A DNA stretch of 64,000 nucleotides from assembly GCA_963664115.2 (NCBI GenBank), contig CAXWPJ010000010.1, positions 448,001 to 512,000 of the forward strand. The letters are read 5' to 3'. The DNA is from Terriglobia bacterium (GTDB lineage Bacteria > Acidobacteriota > Terriglobia > 20CM-2-55-15). Positions 42,819 to 51,890 of the stretch are shown piece by piece. The position numbers and the translations under genes were made by a program. Within the stretch, counting starts at the first letter, position 1. Each line of letters starts with the position of its first letter. The notes below the pieces were generated by a model. The model made no database searches, was not told the origin of the DNA, and saw only the letters and a program-made list of their open reading frames with translations.

Positions 42819-43569
42819 TAGGCAAGTCTCTTGGACCACAAAGCATCCAGTCGCGCCTCTTTTTGAAGAATCTCTTCTGCTAGACCTTCGAAGGGTTTTC
42901 CACAAAAGCTCAGCTTCTCACCGATCGCGTCGATCAATTCTGCTAAGTGAACTCCCTCCTGTGTCGTGAGATACCACAAGTCATAAAGGTCTCGAGGCTC
43001 ATTCCTCGCTCGATCGGCAAGTGCGATCACTTTCTCGGTTGCGATTTCATTCAAGGAATAAACGCGCAGCAGCTCTCCCTCAGGAAGGTCGCTGAACTCA
43101 TCGTAGCCGCTGAGCACGGGTCGGTCCTCCAGAGGGAACGTGATTGCCTCCCGAATCGTTATGTCCACCTTTAGGTATTTTTAGAAGGTAGCGGCCCCTC
43201 GTATCGCAAATAGAATGTGTGGCTGTTGGGGTGTTCGAGACGATCCTTCCTGTCGAAAGCGAAGGTGATACCGGATTCTTCTCGAACCGCCTCGTATACA
43301 GGTTCCAATCGACTTAGTAGATCCTCAAAACTGACAGGCTCGATGAGCGTGAACTCGAGATCTTCGGAGAAGCGGTAGTCGCCAAAGTAGCAACGTTTGA
43401 GAGCTGTCCCTCCCTTGAAAGCCAAGATTTCTCGAAGGTTCGATTCTGCGAGGGCTGTAAGAAACCAAGCCAGGCAATAGTCACGTTCCAGAACATCTTC
43501 GCGAATCCGATACCCGCCGGCTGCAGCGAGGCGGTTCGATAGGAGTGAGATGTTTCTCTGAGGGATCAT
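42740..43569 (-). pseudogene. abiEii: AbiEii-family nucleotidyltransferase toxin, frameshifted near 43171
   Basis: FKGGTAL, RFSEDL, EK..A, PRDLYD across two ORFs. Confidence 0.85.
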
Positions 43570-44439
43570 CTATGTCGTGCGCACGCTCTCAAGTTCTTCG
43601 CTCGTTATGTTCAATTGGAGCCGCCATCGCTTCAGATGTTTCCCGTCTTTAGGCAAGAGCGGATCCAATGGGACGTAGGTCGGGGTCAACGTTTCGCGAA
43701 GCCTGGCCAGGTCTTCCTCCGGCGCGAGTCCATACAGCTCCAGCAGGTATCCGAGCCGACGTGTGACGGCTCCGACCTTCATTCGTAGAGCGTATGCGAC
43801 GAGTTTGTCGCTCTTCATATCGTGGTGACGCATCCACAACCCTTTGGCCACCTCGGTCACACCGCCGCAATACTTTGGATGACGCAGGCCGTCGATGACC
43901 GTTCGCTCCAAATCGCTGACATGTACTGGCTCTTGCTTGGTGGCCCAGTGCCTGGTCGTCCCAAAGAAGTGGTCATGCTTAATCAGGACGAATCGGAATT
44001 GAGTTCCATGCACAAGCTGATTCCGAAGCCGTTTTGTCGCGGATGCAAAGACGACGAACTGCGGCTGGGTCACCATGCGATGTATTTCAATGGCTGTCCC
44101 GTATGAGAGGAAACACTGGGCATTACCCGCTAAACTCTGCGCGATCAGGTAGGGGTTTCCACCATATTGCGTGGTGCTACCGAGTTCGGGCGGTACAACT
44201 ATAAATAGACCGCCCTTCAACCGCGACACAAGACCCCGCCGGATCGCCTTGTTCAGCAAGCTGCTGGCGAGCGCCGGTGTCAGACCGGTGATCTGCTCGG
44301 CATCTCTTAATGTGAATATGGTTTGGGACCGATCGTTGATGGCCCCCAGCAGTCGAGCGGTCTGAGGGCCCACGGTCTTTAAGGACTGATTACTGTTTAT
44401 GCTCAAGAAACGTCCCCTCAGGCGATTAATTGCACACAC
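43570..44439 (-). CDS. abiEi: AbiEi-family type IV antitoxin/regulator
   Basis: wHTH with RLKGGLF, LSYGTA.EIH, SDLERTVIDGL..P.YCGG; directly upstream of abiEii. Confidence 0.85.
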   Translation of the reverse strand: MCAINRLRGRFLSINSNQSLKTVGPQTARLLGAINDRSQTIFTLRDAEQITGLTPALASSLLNKAIRRGLVSRLKGGLFIVVPPELGSTTQYGGNPYLIAQSLAGNAQCFLSYGTAIEIHRMVTQPQFVVFASATKRLRNQLVHGTQFRFVLIKHDHFFGTTRHWATKQEPVHVSDLERTVIDGLRHPKYCGGVTEVAKGLWMRHHDMKSDKLVAYALRMKVGAVTRRLGYLLELYGLAPEEDLARLRETLTPTYVPLDPLLPKDGKHLKRWRLQLNITSEELESVRTT

Positions 44440-44460
44440 AATATAACTTAGAGTTATATT
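44440..44460. promoter_or_regulatory. Palindromic operator upstream of abiEi
   Basis: AATATAACT-TAG-AGTTATATT perfect 9-bp inverted repeat. Confidence 0.6.
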
Positions 44461-44648
44461 TCATATCAATAATCTAGCTCATCAGGCTAGTTTCTGATCA
44501 TAAACCATAACTAAGCACTGTCTATTCCTGCCTGGGGGTAGTCAGTGCAGATTCCTCCCCCACCCCCTCCGCCCCCATCGTAAACTAGAGCTACCCCCTT
44601 TCCCCCCGACGCCCTTTTCGGGCGACCGCCCTTCCCTCTCATCTATTA

Positions 44649-45317
44649 ATGATCAATGTACCGTTGACTCTTTTCCCCAGCGCCCCCCACCACATCGTCC
44701 CCAGAGGCCGCTCCCACGAGCCCGTCTTCTGGGACGACACCGATTACCGCTGCTTCCTCCGCATCATGCACACGGCATCTCGGGAAGCGGGTCTGGAAAT
44801 ATGGACCTACGCTCTCATGCGAAACCACGTCCATATGATCGCGGTCCCAGAAGATCGCGAGTCTATTTCCCGGGCGATGGCCAAGGCCCTTCCCGAATAC
44901 GCGGAATCGTTCCGGCAGCGGCACCAGATTTCGGAAGATCTGTGGCACCGGCGGTGCCACTCCGTGGCGGTCCAGACACGCTACTTGTGGAAGGCGGTCC
45001 GTTACGTGGAGCGCAATCCCGTCCGGGCCGGAATCGTCCGACGCGCGGAGGACTATCGCTGGTCGAGCGCGGCCTATCATTGTGGGCATCGGGATTCGGA
45101 TGCTCTTCTCAGTAGCATGTCTCCCTTAAAAGGCTCGGTGGGCGACTGGTCCGCCTAGCTTCAGGAACCGGATTGCGATCCGCGGTTGGCGTATCTGAGG
45201 CGGAAGAATCGGGAGTCGCAAGAGGAGGGAAAACCAGAAGTCATCGGGTTTCTGGAACGCGACTTGGATCGGCGGATATCAGGTTGGGAAAAACGGCGGG
45301 GGCGGGGGAAGAAATAG
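44649..45317 (+). pseudogene. RAYT-like transposase copy 2 with a nonsense codon (TGG>TAG at 45156)
   Basis: 44573-45279 aligns with 41963-42669; frame continues to TAG at 45317. Confidence 0.85.
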
Positions 45318-45553
45318 GTTTGGGAGACACGAAGATCGGTTTATTTGCGTGTGCTGACGAGGGGGGGGGCACTTTGTTCTGAACCCGTCCATCCCTACCC
45401 TTCGGTCCGGGCGCGATTTACGCGTTTAACTGTTTCGAGTTGACGCCTCGGCTGCGTACAGGGGAGATTGTCCCGTGTTTGAGCGTCCAGCGTATAACGC
45501 CGGAACTTCGATACTTGACGATCTCAATGCGAATAGGGAAATGAGTCCCCTAT

Positions 45554-45742
45554 GTGAGCATGCCACGTAAAGTAAACACCGCTGATTTCTTTCGAACACA
45601 TCCGGTCTTCTCGCTGGATGAAGCCACGCGGGGAGTCTACGCGGTCGTTCCGCCGGGCGTCGATGTCGAGATGTTTCGGTCCGATCTCGTTCTGGTCGCC
45701 GCCGTTACGACTTTCCCGGCTGCGATTTCATTCAAAGATTAA
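45554..45742 (+). pseudogene. Internally deleted remnant of an AbiEi-like regulator
   Basis: FFRTHPVFSLDEA...RGVYAVVPPG...DLVLVA. Confidence 0.5.
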
Positions 45743-45813
45743 ACGCATCACACGCCGCGGCGCTGGGCCTCGGCATTGGATTCACTGCATTGTCAGGCGT
45801 TCGTTTTTCCGAC

Positions 45814-46044
45814 CTAAGAAGGGCGATTCTGTTTGGTGAGACGCACAAAGGTGCGGAGCGCTTCGTTGACTGCTCGAGCATCGGGAAAGATGTCTGCTAC
45901 GTCCGGATCCAGCAATATGACGTTGGTGCCCTCAGCGTACCGCGCTCGGGTAACTCCGCGATCCGCTTTGGAAAAATCATACTCTTCCCGCATCGTGTCT
46001 TCGTCTCTCTGACCCGTCCCGGGTGAGGATCTATTCTTCTTCAT
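45814..46044 (-). CDS. BrnA-like antitoxin
   Basis: MREEYDFS...LDPDVADIFPDARAVNEALR. Confidence 0.75.
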   Translation of the reverse strand: MKKNRSSPGTGQRDEDTMREEYDFSKADRGVTRARYAEGTNVILLDPDVADIFPDARAVNEALRTFVRLTKQNRPS

Positions 46045-46235
46045 AGCTGTTTCGTTCAGAACGCGTCGCCCGACGGGCACTGATGATTCGAGTGCGTTCT
46101 TCGATTTCGGCGTAGCAGACCCGTACCCGATAATGATCTGACAGTCCGAGTACGATGAGCAGAATCATCGGCGATGTAGTCCCGGATGGATTCGATATCG
46201 CGGATGGTGTGAGGAGACCAGACCAGTGGGATCAC
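46031..46235 (-). pseudogene. Deletion fusion of a ParE/RelE N-terminus and a BrnT C-terminus
   Basis: MIPLVWSPHTIRDIESIRDYIADDS joined out of frame to ...VCYAEIEERTRIISARRATRSERNSYEEE*. Confidence 0.7.
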
Positions 46236-46414
46236 AGACCGAGGCGCTGTTTGACTTCCTCGTGTGAAACACCGTTCCCGGCATCGAGTTCCGCCAGACC
46301 GGAGTCGATTTTCGCCAGGAAGACCAGTCGTTCGATCGCGTCGTCGAACGTCGCATCCGAAGGCAGGTCTTGGAGTGATTCAAGGATTCGGTCTCTTGTC
46401 GTCGGAGAGGACAT
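46232..46414 (-). CDS. Small antitoxin-like protein preceding the ParE remnant
   Basis: LPSDATFDDAIERLVFLAKIDSGLAELDAG..VSHEEVKQRL; stop overlaps the next start (GTGA). Confidence 0.72.
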   Translation of the reverse strand: MSSPTTRDRILESLQDLPSDATFDDAIERLVFLAKIDSGLAELDAGNGVSHEEVKQRLGL

Positions 46415-46478
46415 AGCGATAATTATACTCCTCCCGATCCGGCTTCCTCGCTAAAGAGATCTGTGGCGCACTGTTCGT

Positions 46479-46650
46479 CCTGGCTTCAGGAACCGGATTG
46501 CGATCCTCGGTTGGTCTATCTGCGGCGGAAGAATCGGGAGTCGCAAGAGGGGGGAGAACCGGAGGTCATCGGGTTTTTGGAACGGGACATCGATCGACGG
46601 ATATCAGGTTGGGAGAAACGGCGCGATCGGGGGAAGAAATAGATTCGGGA
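46479..46650 (+). repeat. Third, 3'-only remnant of the RAYT gene
   Basis: Matches 45153-45325 and 42544-42669. Confidence 0.85.
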
Positions 46651-46895
46651 GATGGGAAGGATTTCAGGCGGATAAATCGATGTCACCCGCTGTTGGGTCA
46701 CGAAACTTCAGTCGAACTACATAACCGGACACATACTCCGCTGCAATCACGTGATATTTCATTGCGTTTACTGCAGAGGCGGAATCTTTGAACCTGGACA
46801 GTTCGGGTATGCGATCAGGACAGGACTGTTCTGGATTTCGAACAACTGCCCAACCGATTGTGGCCGCCGTGTGGTGCAGCCACTTGGGCGGTCTC

Positions 46896-47129
46896 TCAAG
46901 CTGAGCGGTCGAGCGGCCGGACAGCTATCAGGTCCCCATCAGCAACGGGCCGCACATCGCTTTCCCGGAGAGTGACCAGCGCTTCAGTCTTCCCGGCGGC
47001 GCTGACGAACTCGACTTCGACTCCATCTGGTTCATAGACTTGTACGACTGCGCCTAGATCGCCCTTCTGGAGCTGCTGATCAGGAAGGTCGCGGTTGAGC
47101 ACGACCGTATCGAGGAGTTTGAATCTCAT
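46896..47129 (-). CDS. DUF4926-like protein
   Basis: LDTVVLNRDLP..L.KGDLGAVV.VY...EVEF. Confidence 0.8.
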   Translation of the reverse strand: MRFKLLDTVVLNRDLPDQQLQKGDLGAVVQVYEPDGVEVEFVSAAGKTEALVTLRESDVRPVADGDLIAVRPLDRSA

Positions 47130-47467
47130 GACCTTGGCCTCGGATAAGCTGTTACGAACCGCGGGAAATCCTCGTCGTTCAGGACGATCCAGACTGTGAC
47201 CACAATGACTGCGTCCCCGGTCGGTCCGCTCAGCGTACCACGCACCTCATATTTCTGACCATAGGGATTGACCTCGGTTGCAACCGCTTCGTATCCGGTC
47301 GCATGTTGCTGTAGGTCTTCAGCCAACAAGTCCCACGCTTCGGCGGAATAACCGAGATCGTTAAACACACGCGCCTTGAACCTGCCGACCGGATGCGACT
47401 CAGAAAGCAGGTAATCGCGAATCTTGGCACTGTCTACAACGGAGCGTTCAGCACCAGGCAACTTCAC
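47126..47467 (-). CDS. DUF6883-like protein (putative toxin partner of DUF4926)
   Basis: KIRDYLL..HPVG.FKA..F..LGY, YGQKY, TVWI, PRFVTAYP; ATGA overlap. Confidence 0.75.
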   Translation of the reverse strand: MKLPGAERSVVDSAKIRDYLLSESHPVGRFKARVFNDLGYSAEAWDLLAEDLQQHATGYEAVATEVNPYGQKYEVRGTLSGPTGDAVIVVTVWIVLNDEDFPRFVTAYPRPRS

Positions 47468-47621
47468 GCCGTCATTCTCAATTGTGTCTCCCGTTCCAGG
47501 TCAGGTTGCGGGCGATCCGCCCAACTACGAGTGTCTGGAACTCGGTATCACTCATGCTATCTGCGAGAAATCGCAGCCAATCCACAGGGACAGGAAAGCG
47601 ATACCCCCTGGCTCAGCCGTG

Positions 47622-47963
47622 TCAGGAAGCGAAACCGATCTGCTGGCAGGGTTCACCGGGCTTCCGAGGACTGATCGCTATCGTCACCTTCCGGTCCAGA
47701 CGCTTCAAAAAGTCGAATAGCTTGTCCGTCGTAAAGCGATCAAAATGTGCGTTCATAAGGTGCGACACTTCGGGCTGCGATATTCCCAAGAGTTGGGCCA
47801 TCTCGCGCTGCTTCAGATTCTTTTCTTTAAGAATTTCGTTAACCACGAAACCGATCTGTGCCCGTGTGAACAGCTCATCGGCGTCGGGGAGACCCAAGTC
47901 GGCGAATACGTTGCCGGATCCTTCCTCGTACTCTATTCCCTTAAACTTCTTTTTCTTCACCAT
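47622..47963 (-). CDS. XRE/HigA-type antitoxin; only the last ~23 codons of its toxin remain (about 47941-48010)
   Basis: GSGNVFADLG, HTH LGISQPEVS; upstream LELIKRRYKQAKVLAHGEEKEV*. Confidence 0.82.
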   Translation of the reverse strand: MVKKKKFKGIEYEEGSGNVFADLGLPDADELFTRAQIGFVVNEILKEKNLKQREMAQLLGISQPEVSHLMNAHFDRFTTDKLFDFLKRLDRKVTIAISPRKPGEPCQQIGFAS

Positions 47964-48463
47964 GTGCCAGTACCTTTGCCTGTTTGTATCGGCGCTTGAT
48001 CAACTCGAGAACCGATGGCTGGCGATCGGAAATGAGCTCCTTCAATTCTATATGAAACTTCATATAACCACAACCGTGCGCCTCGCTGCGCACCGGAGGG
48101 TTGTGGCAATATCGGAACCGTATGACTCGGTCGTAACCGTCTCATTCAGCTGACGCTTGACGCATCAAAGATCGTCAAATAAGGGGAAAACGCGACCTCG
48201 ATTTCGCGAATTCACTCGGTTTCCCGGCAGCTGTCGTTGGTCGAGTTTCCGAGGCTTCTCATGAGCCCGGGCTCGACCTTTAAAGGTGCCTTGGGCGAGT
48301 TGTCCGCGTGATTGGTCGAAGCGAGGGAGATCCTCCGTTGACCTACCTGGCACGAGAGGATCGGGACCCGCGATATTGGGAGGGAACAGGGGAGGGCGCG
48401 ATTATCGGGGTGTTGGAAGGGATCTGGGCGACGGATATCGCGTTGGGACGGCGGGAATACTCC

Positions 48464-48898
48464 CTACGCCTGTGCCACCAGCTCCATCCCGTTGTCCTCA
48501 CACCATTCTCTCAATGCGGCTTCGGTTCGCTGGCCCACGTGCGCGTGCCAGTCGTCCAGCAATCCCTTGGACCGAAGTAAGCCATTGAAGCGCGCGTAGG
48601 CACCTTTGTGACGAAAGATGTCTTTGACTTTCCGAAGGTGTTCTGGAAGTTTCCAGGATGTGAACCCGATGGCCAGGCGGCCACCGAGTTCGAGGATACT
48701 CTTGTCGGGCACTGCGACGTAACGATCCGATGTTCTCACGTCGTCGGGATACTCGCCCTCTCCGAATGCGTCCGAGACACAGAATACTTCACCGGTATCT
48801 AGTGAAACATATGCGCTGGAATCGAGTTCCGCTCCCGAACTCACGAAGTCCAAAGCAAGTTCAAGAGCTTTGAGATCAACCTTCACTATGCGTTTCAA
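48464..48898 (-). CDS. UPF0158-like protein
   Basis: YVSLDTGEV, KGAYARF, LREWCEDNG. Confidence 0.72.
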   Translation of the reverse strand: MKRIVKVDLKALELALDFVSSGAELDSSAYVSLDTGEVFCVSDAFGEGEYPDDVRTSDRYVAVPDKSILELGGRLAIGFTSWKLPEHLRKVKDIFRHKGAYARFNGLLRSKGLLDDWHAHVGQRTEAALREWCEDNGMELVAQA

Positions 48899-49427
48899 TC
48901 CTTCCCCCAGCGGTCTCGGGCGACCACTTTTCCCTCAGCAAGCGTAGGGCGGTTTCGTTTGGAAAAATCATCCCCTCGAAGCCGCGCTTTAACTGGTACG
49001 GGGCCTCCCCAAGCTTGCTCTCGGCCATTCGAAGATCGATAGCGTCCCATCCGTCGGATGGGAGACAGAAAGGTACTGACTTGGCGAAATTGACCATCTG
49101 AGCGGTGACGGACCGGTCCCGGGTCCGTCCGACGTGCACCGTATGCATGGTTGCTGTCTCTGAATCGATCAGACCCCCATCCACATCCATTTGCCGCAAT
49201 CGGTCGGCGACCATTCCCGGAAAACGGTCCGGCAGGGTTTTAACTGCTTTCGCGAAAGAGAACATGATCAGGAGCGACTTCGCACTCACGAAAAGCAATA
49301 AGGGGTGCCGATCAACGACGATGCGATTGACATACCAATCGCCCAGAGCGTTGTCCGACACTGCACCATCGACTGCGGATTCGGGCAAGCTTTTGAGGAC
49401 CCTCTGAGTCGCTCTCAATAACACCAT
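48876..49427 (-). CDS. DUF6933-like protein
   Basis: LRATQRVL...LGDWYVN, TRDRSV. Confidence 0.65.
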   Translation of the reverse strand: MVLLRATQRVLKSLPESAVDGAVSDNALGDWYVNRIVVDRHPLLLFVSAKSLLIMFSFAKAVKTLPDRFPGMVADRLRQMDVDGGLIDSETATMHTVHVGRTRDRSVTAQMVNFAKSVPFCLPSDGWDAIDLRMAESKLGEAPYQLKRGFEGMIFPNETALRLLREKWSPETAGGRIETHSEG

Positions 49428-49538
49428 GTGTTTTTCCCGTGTGTGTTGCCAAACGGGCGGTAGGTGGTTATTTGAGGGGATCTGGAAACAGACCCAAGGA
49501 CAGGAAAAGCGTAGCGATTGCCAGGTCTTCTGTCCTCG

Positions 49539-49823
49539 CTAATCCATGCCCCCGTTAGGCCTCCAGTTACTGACCAAGGGGAACTTATCCGGATGGTCAA
49601 TGGACTCGACCCCAAGGTCGATGTCAAGATCGGGCCAGTAAAGATGATGCGGTTGCGGCAGTTGGACATTGAGAAGTTGACCGATCGGGGCATCGCGAAA
49701 CCAGGGAAACGTCTCAAATGGCAGAAACACCTCACGGTCATCAATCAGCATCCAAAACCCGTGCTTCGAAACGTTGGTAACCTCAACCGGGGAAGTGTTT
49801 GTTCCAGACTGTGTAGATTTCAT
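49539..49823 (-). CDS. DUF2442-family protein (putative antitoxin)
   Basis: EVTNVSKHGFW, FPWF, LYWPDLDIDL. Confidence 0.85.
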   Translation of the reverse strand: MKSTQSGTNTSPVEVTNVSKHGFWMLIDDREVFLPFETFPWFRDAPIGQLLNVQLPQPHHLYWPDLDIDLGVESIDHPDKFPLVSNWRPNGGMD

Positions 49824-50022
49824 CCTTGTGTTCCTCGACAAGTTGAAGCGCCTTCTTGAGACTTCGCTGACTCAACCCATAGTTTTGAAACAGCTCAATT
49901 TTCGGTTCGAGCCAGAATTTTGCTTCTCCGTCGGCCCCTTGAACGTGAATGTGTCTGCGCTTTTCCTCACGGGAGAAGAAGTAGAATCGCAACCCGCCTT
50001 TACGAAAGACCGTCGGACTCAT
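49783..50022 (-). CDS. DUF4160-family protein (putative toxin)
   Basis: MSPTVFR..GLRFYFFSREE.R.HIHV...AKFWL. Confidence 0.85.
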   Translation of the reverse strand: MSPTVFRKGGLRFYFFSREEKRRHIHVQGADGEAKFWLEPKIELFQNYGLSQRSLKKALQLVEEHKDEIYTVWNKHFPG

Positions 50023-50261
50023 ACTGGTATGCTACACCCGTGATGGGCAGCTCTTGATCTTCGGAAGGAGAGAGTCGTTGCAACATCCATATATTACACA
50101 TGTAAGCATTCACATTTTTCGTGAATTCTTACATTCACAAGCTACTAACAGATCGACACGCACCCGTGGGAAAACCCTCACCGACCCTCTTCCAGAGCTT
50201 CAGTCCGAATCGAGTTGAGTTGGTCAGGCCGGTCGAGTCTGCTGGTCACATCGGTCGCTTA

Positions 50262-50357
50262 TCAGGAAAAGATCCCGGTCTCCTGCCAGGGTTCACCGGG
50301 CCTGCGAGGACTGATCTCTATCGTCACCTTCCGGTCCAGATGCTTGAGAAAATCGAG
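50262..50357 (-). repeat. Diverged copy of the 3' end of the 47622 XRE antitoxin gene
   Basis: CAGGGTTCACCGGGC...GAGGACTGATC..TATCGTCACCTTCCGGTCCAGA shared with 47622-47717. Confidence 0.8.
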
Positions 50358-50374
50358 GGACCTGTTTCCTGAAT

Positions 50375-50710
50375 TCAGGGCACGAGGACTGACATCGCCC
50401 CCTGCTTTTTCCTCTTCGCGGCTGGCCGGACGGTAATCTCCACATCCTGACCGAGCGCGGTAAGAAACTCCATCAGTCGCCCGACGGAAAAATTACCCGA
50501 ACGGTTGCGCATCAATGTCGAAACGTGGGGCTGCCGGATCCCGAGGATGCGGCCGGCCTCCGCCTGTGTCAGGCCCCGCTCCTTGATGATTCTGTAGATT
50601 TCCAGTGTCAGCTCGGCTTTGATCTGTTCCTGTTCCGGATTGGACAAGCCGAGATCGGCAAATACATTGCCGCTACCTTCACGAGCCACGACCGGACGCT
50701 TCGTCCCCAT
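50375..50710 (-). CDS. higA: XRE/HigA-type antitoxin
   Basis: GSGNVFADLG, LTQAEAGRILGIRQPHVS, FSVGRL. Confidence 0.82.
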   Translation of the reverse strand: MGTKRPVVAREGSGNVFADLGLSNPEQEQIKAELTLEIYRIIKERGLTQAEAGRILGIRQPHVSTLMRNRSGNFSVGRLMEFLTALGQDVEITVRPAAKRKKQGAMSVLVP

Positions 50711-50723
50711 GTCAGATCTCCAT

Positions 50724-51074
50724 CTATTGCTGTTGTCGCTCAGCCACTGCCAAGCGTCGTTTGATCAGATCAATATCGCTCGGAGAAGTCGCGAAGCCTT
50801 TCCTGGATTTCTTTTGAAAGGCGTGGAGCACGCAGATGATCCCAGACAATCTCACCGTGTAGACAGCCCGAAAAGTGTTCGTGGCGAAACGTTCGACGAT
50901 TTCCATGACGCGCGTGCCAACAAATCCTCTGAGTGGTTTCGCTGAGGGATCGGTGTCACCATTTTGTGCCGCGTATAGAGCGTGGCCGATGCCGCGTCGA
51001 ACCGCTTGCGGGAACTTCCGGACTGTTTCCCTCGTCGATCCCATCCAGACGACAGGTTTCAGATCCCTCTTCAT
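50724..51074 (-). CDS. higB: RelE-like HigB/Gp49 toxin
   Basis: Toxin-first order; KPLRGF, FRAVY, VLHAFQKKS, DLIKRRL. Confidence 0.82.
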   Translation of the reverse strand: MKRDLKPVVWMGSTRETVRKFPQAVRRGIGHALYAAQNGDTDPSAKPLRGFVGTRVMEIVERFATNTFRAVYTVRLSGIICVLHAFQKKSRKGFATSPSDIDLIKRRLAVAERQQQ

Positions 51075-51438
51075 TATACAGTTATACGTATATATGTCTA
51101 CATTGGCCCGGGCGCTTGGTATCGCTCTGCAATAGGGCGTCCGTTCCGATACTTGAACCGCTCAGGTGAGCGGGCAGGCGGGAGCGAAACCAAGTTCATG
51201 TGGTTTAGCGAATAAGAAATCTCTTCGAACTCGACTTTGACGGATTTATATCGTGAGGAAAGCAAGGGCGGGGGATTTTATGTTGTGCAGGCATAGCCAG
51301 CACCTACAGGAAGAAGGCCGGATGTTGGATATTGGATGTTGAAAAACGCTCGCTCGATAAGCCCACTCCATCCTTGCCACCCCTCCCCGTCTGTTCTACT
51401 GTGTCCGCCAGTGATATAAGGAAGCTATCGAGGTAAGC

Positions 51439-51879
51439 ATGATGTTGAGAGAAGGGATACGAGCGACCTTAATACTGGCGATAGTCGGCTCTTTGATTGT
51501 TCCTGTCGCCGCCCAGAACCCAACACAATTTGAAGGACGGCTGACGCCGGTTCCCGTCGACGGTGTGACACGCGACCTCATCACGGGAATTGGCTCCATG
51601 TCGGCAGTCCTGGAAGGGACGCGGTTGACGATTACGGGATCGTTTGAAGGCCTCAGAGAGGCTGCGACCGAGGCCAATCTCCATCGGGGCCTGGCGACGG
51701 GCGTCCGGGGGACGGCGTTTTTTGAGTTGACAGTTTCACCGACGACATCCGGGGACGTTTCCGGAACGCTCGACCTGAATCCGGATCAAATAGAAAGCCT
51801 CCATGACGGCAGGCTCTACGTGCAGATTCACAGCGAAATAGCGCCCGAGGGCAACCTCTGGGGCTGGCTCTTGCAGTAG
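51439..51879 (+). CDS. Secreted CHRD-domain protein
   Basis: Signal peptide; [20 protein letters not shown]. Confidence 0.8.
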   Translation: MMLREGIRATLILAIVGSLIVPVAAQNPTQFEGRLTPVPVDGVTRDLITGIGSMSAVLEGTRLTITGSFEGLREAATEANLHRGLATGVRGTAFFELTVSPTTSGDVSGTLDLNPDQIESLHDGRLYVQIHSEIAPEGNLWGWLLQ

Positions 51880-51890
51880 GAGGAACAACG

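Noticed and set aside
42039-45317. IS200/IS605 element with TnpB or an RNA guide
   Set aside because: No TnpB/IscB ORF; protein length and C-terminal motifs fit the RAYT group
42700-51100. Classical integron cassette array
   Set aside because: No tyrosine integrase and no recurring RYYYAAC...GTTRRRY attC sites seen
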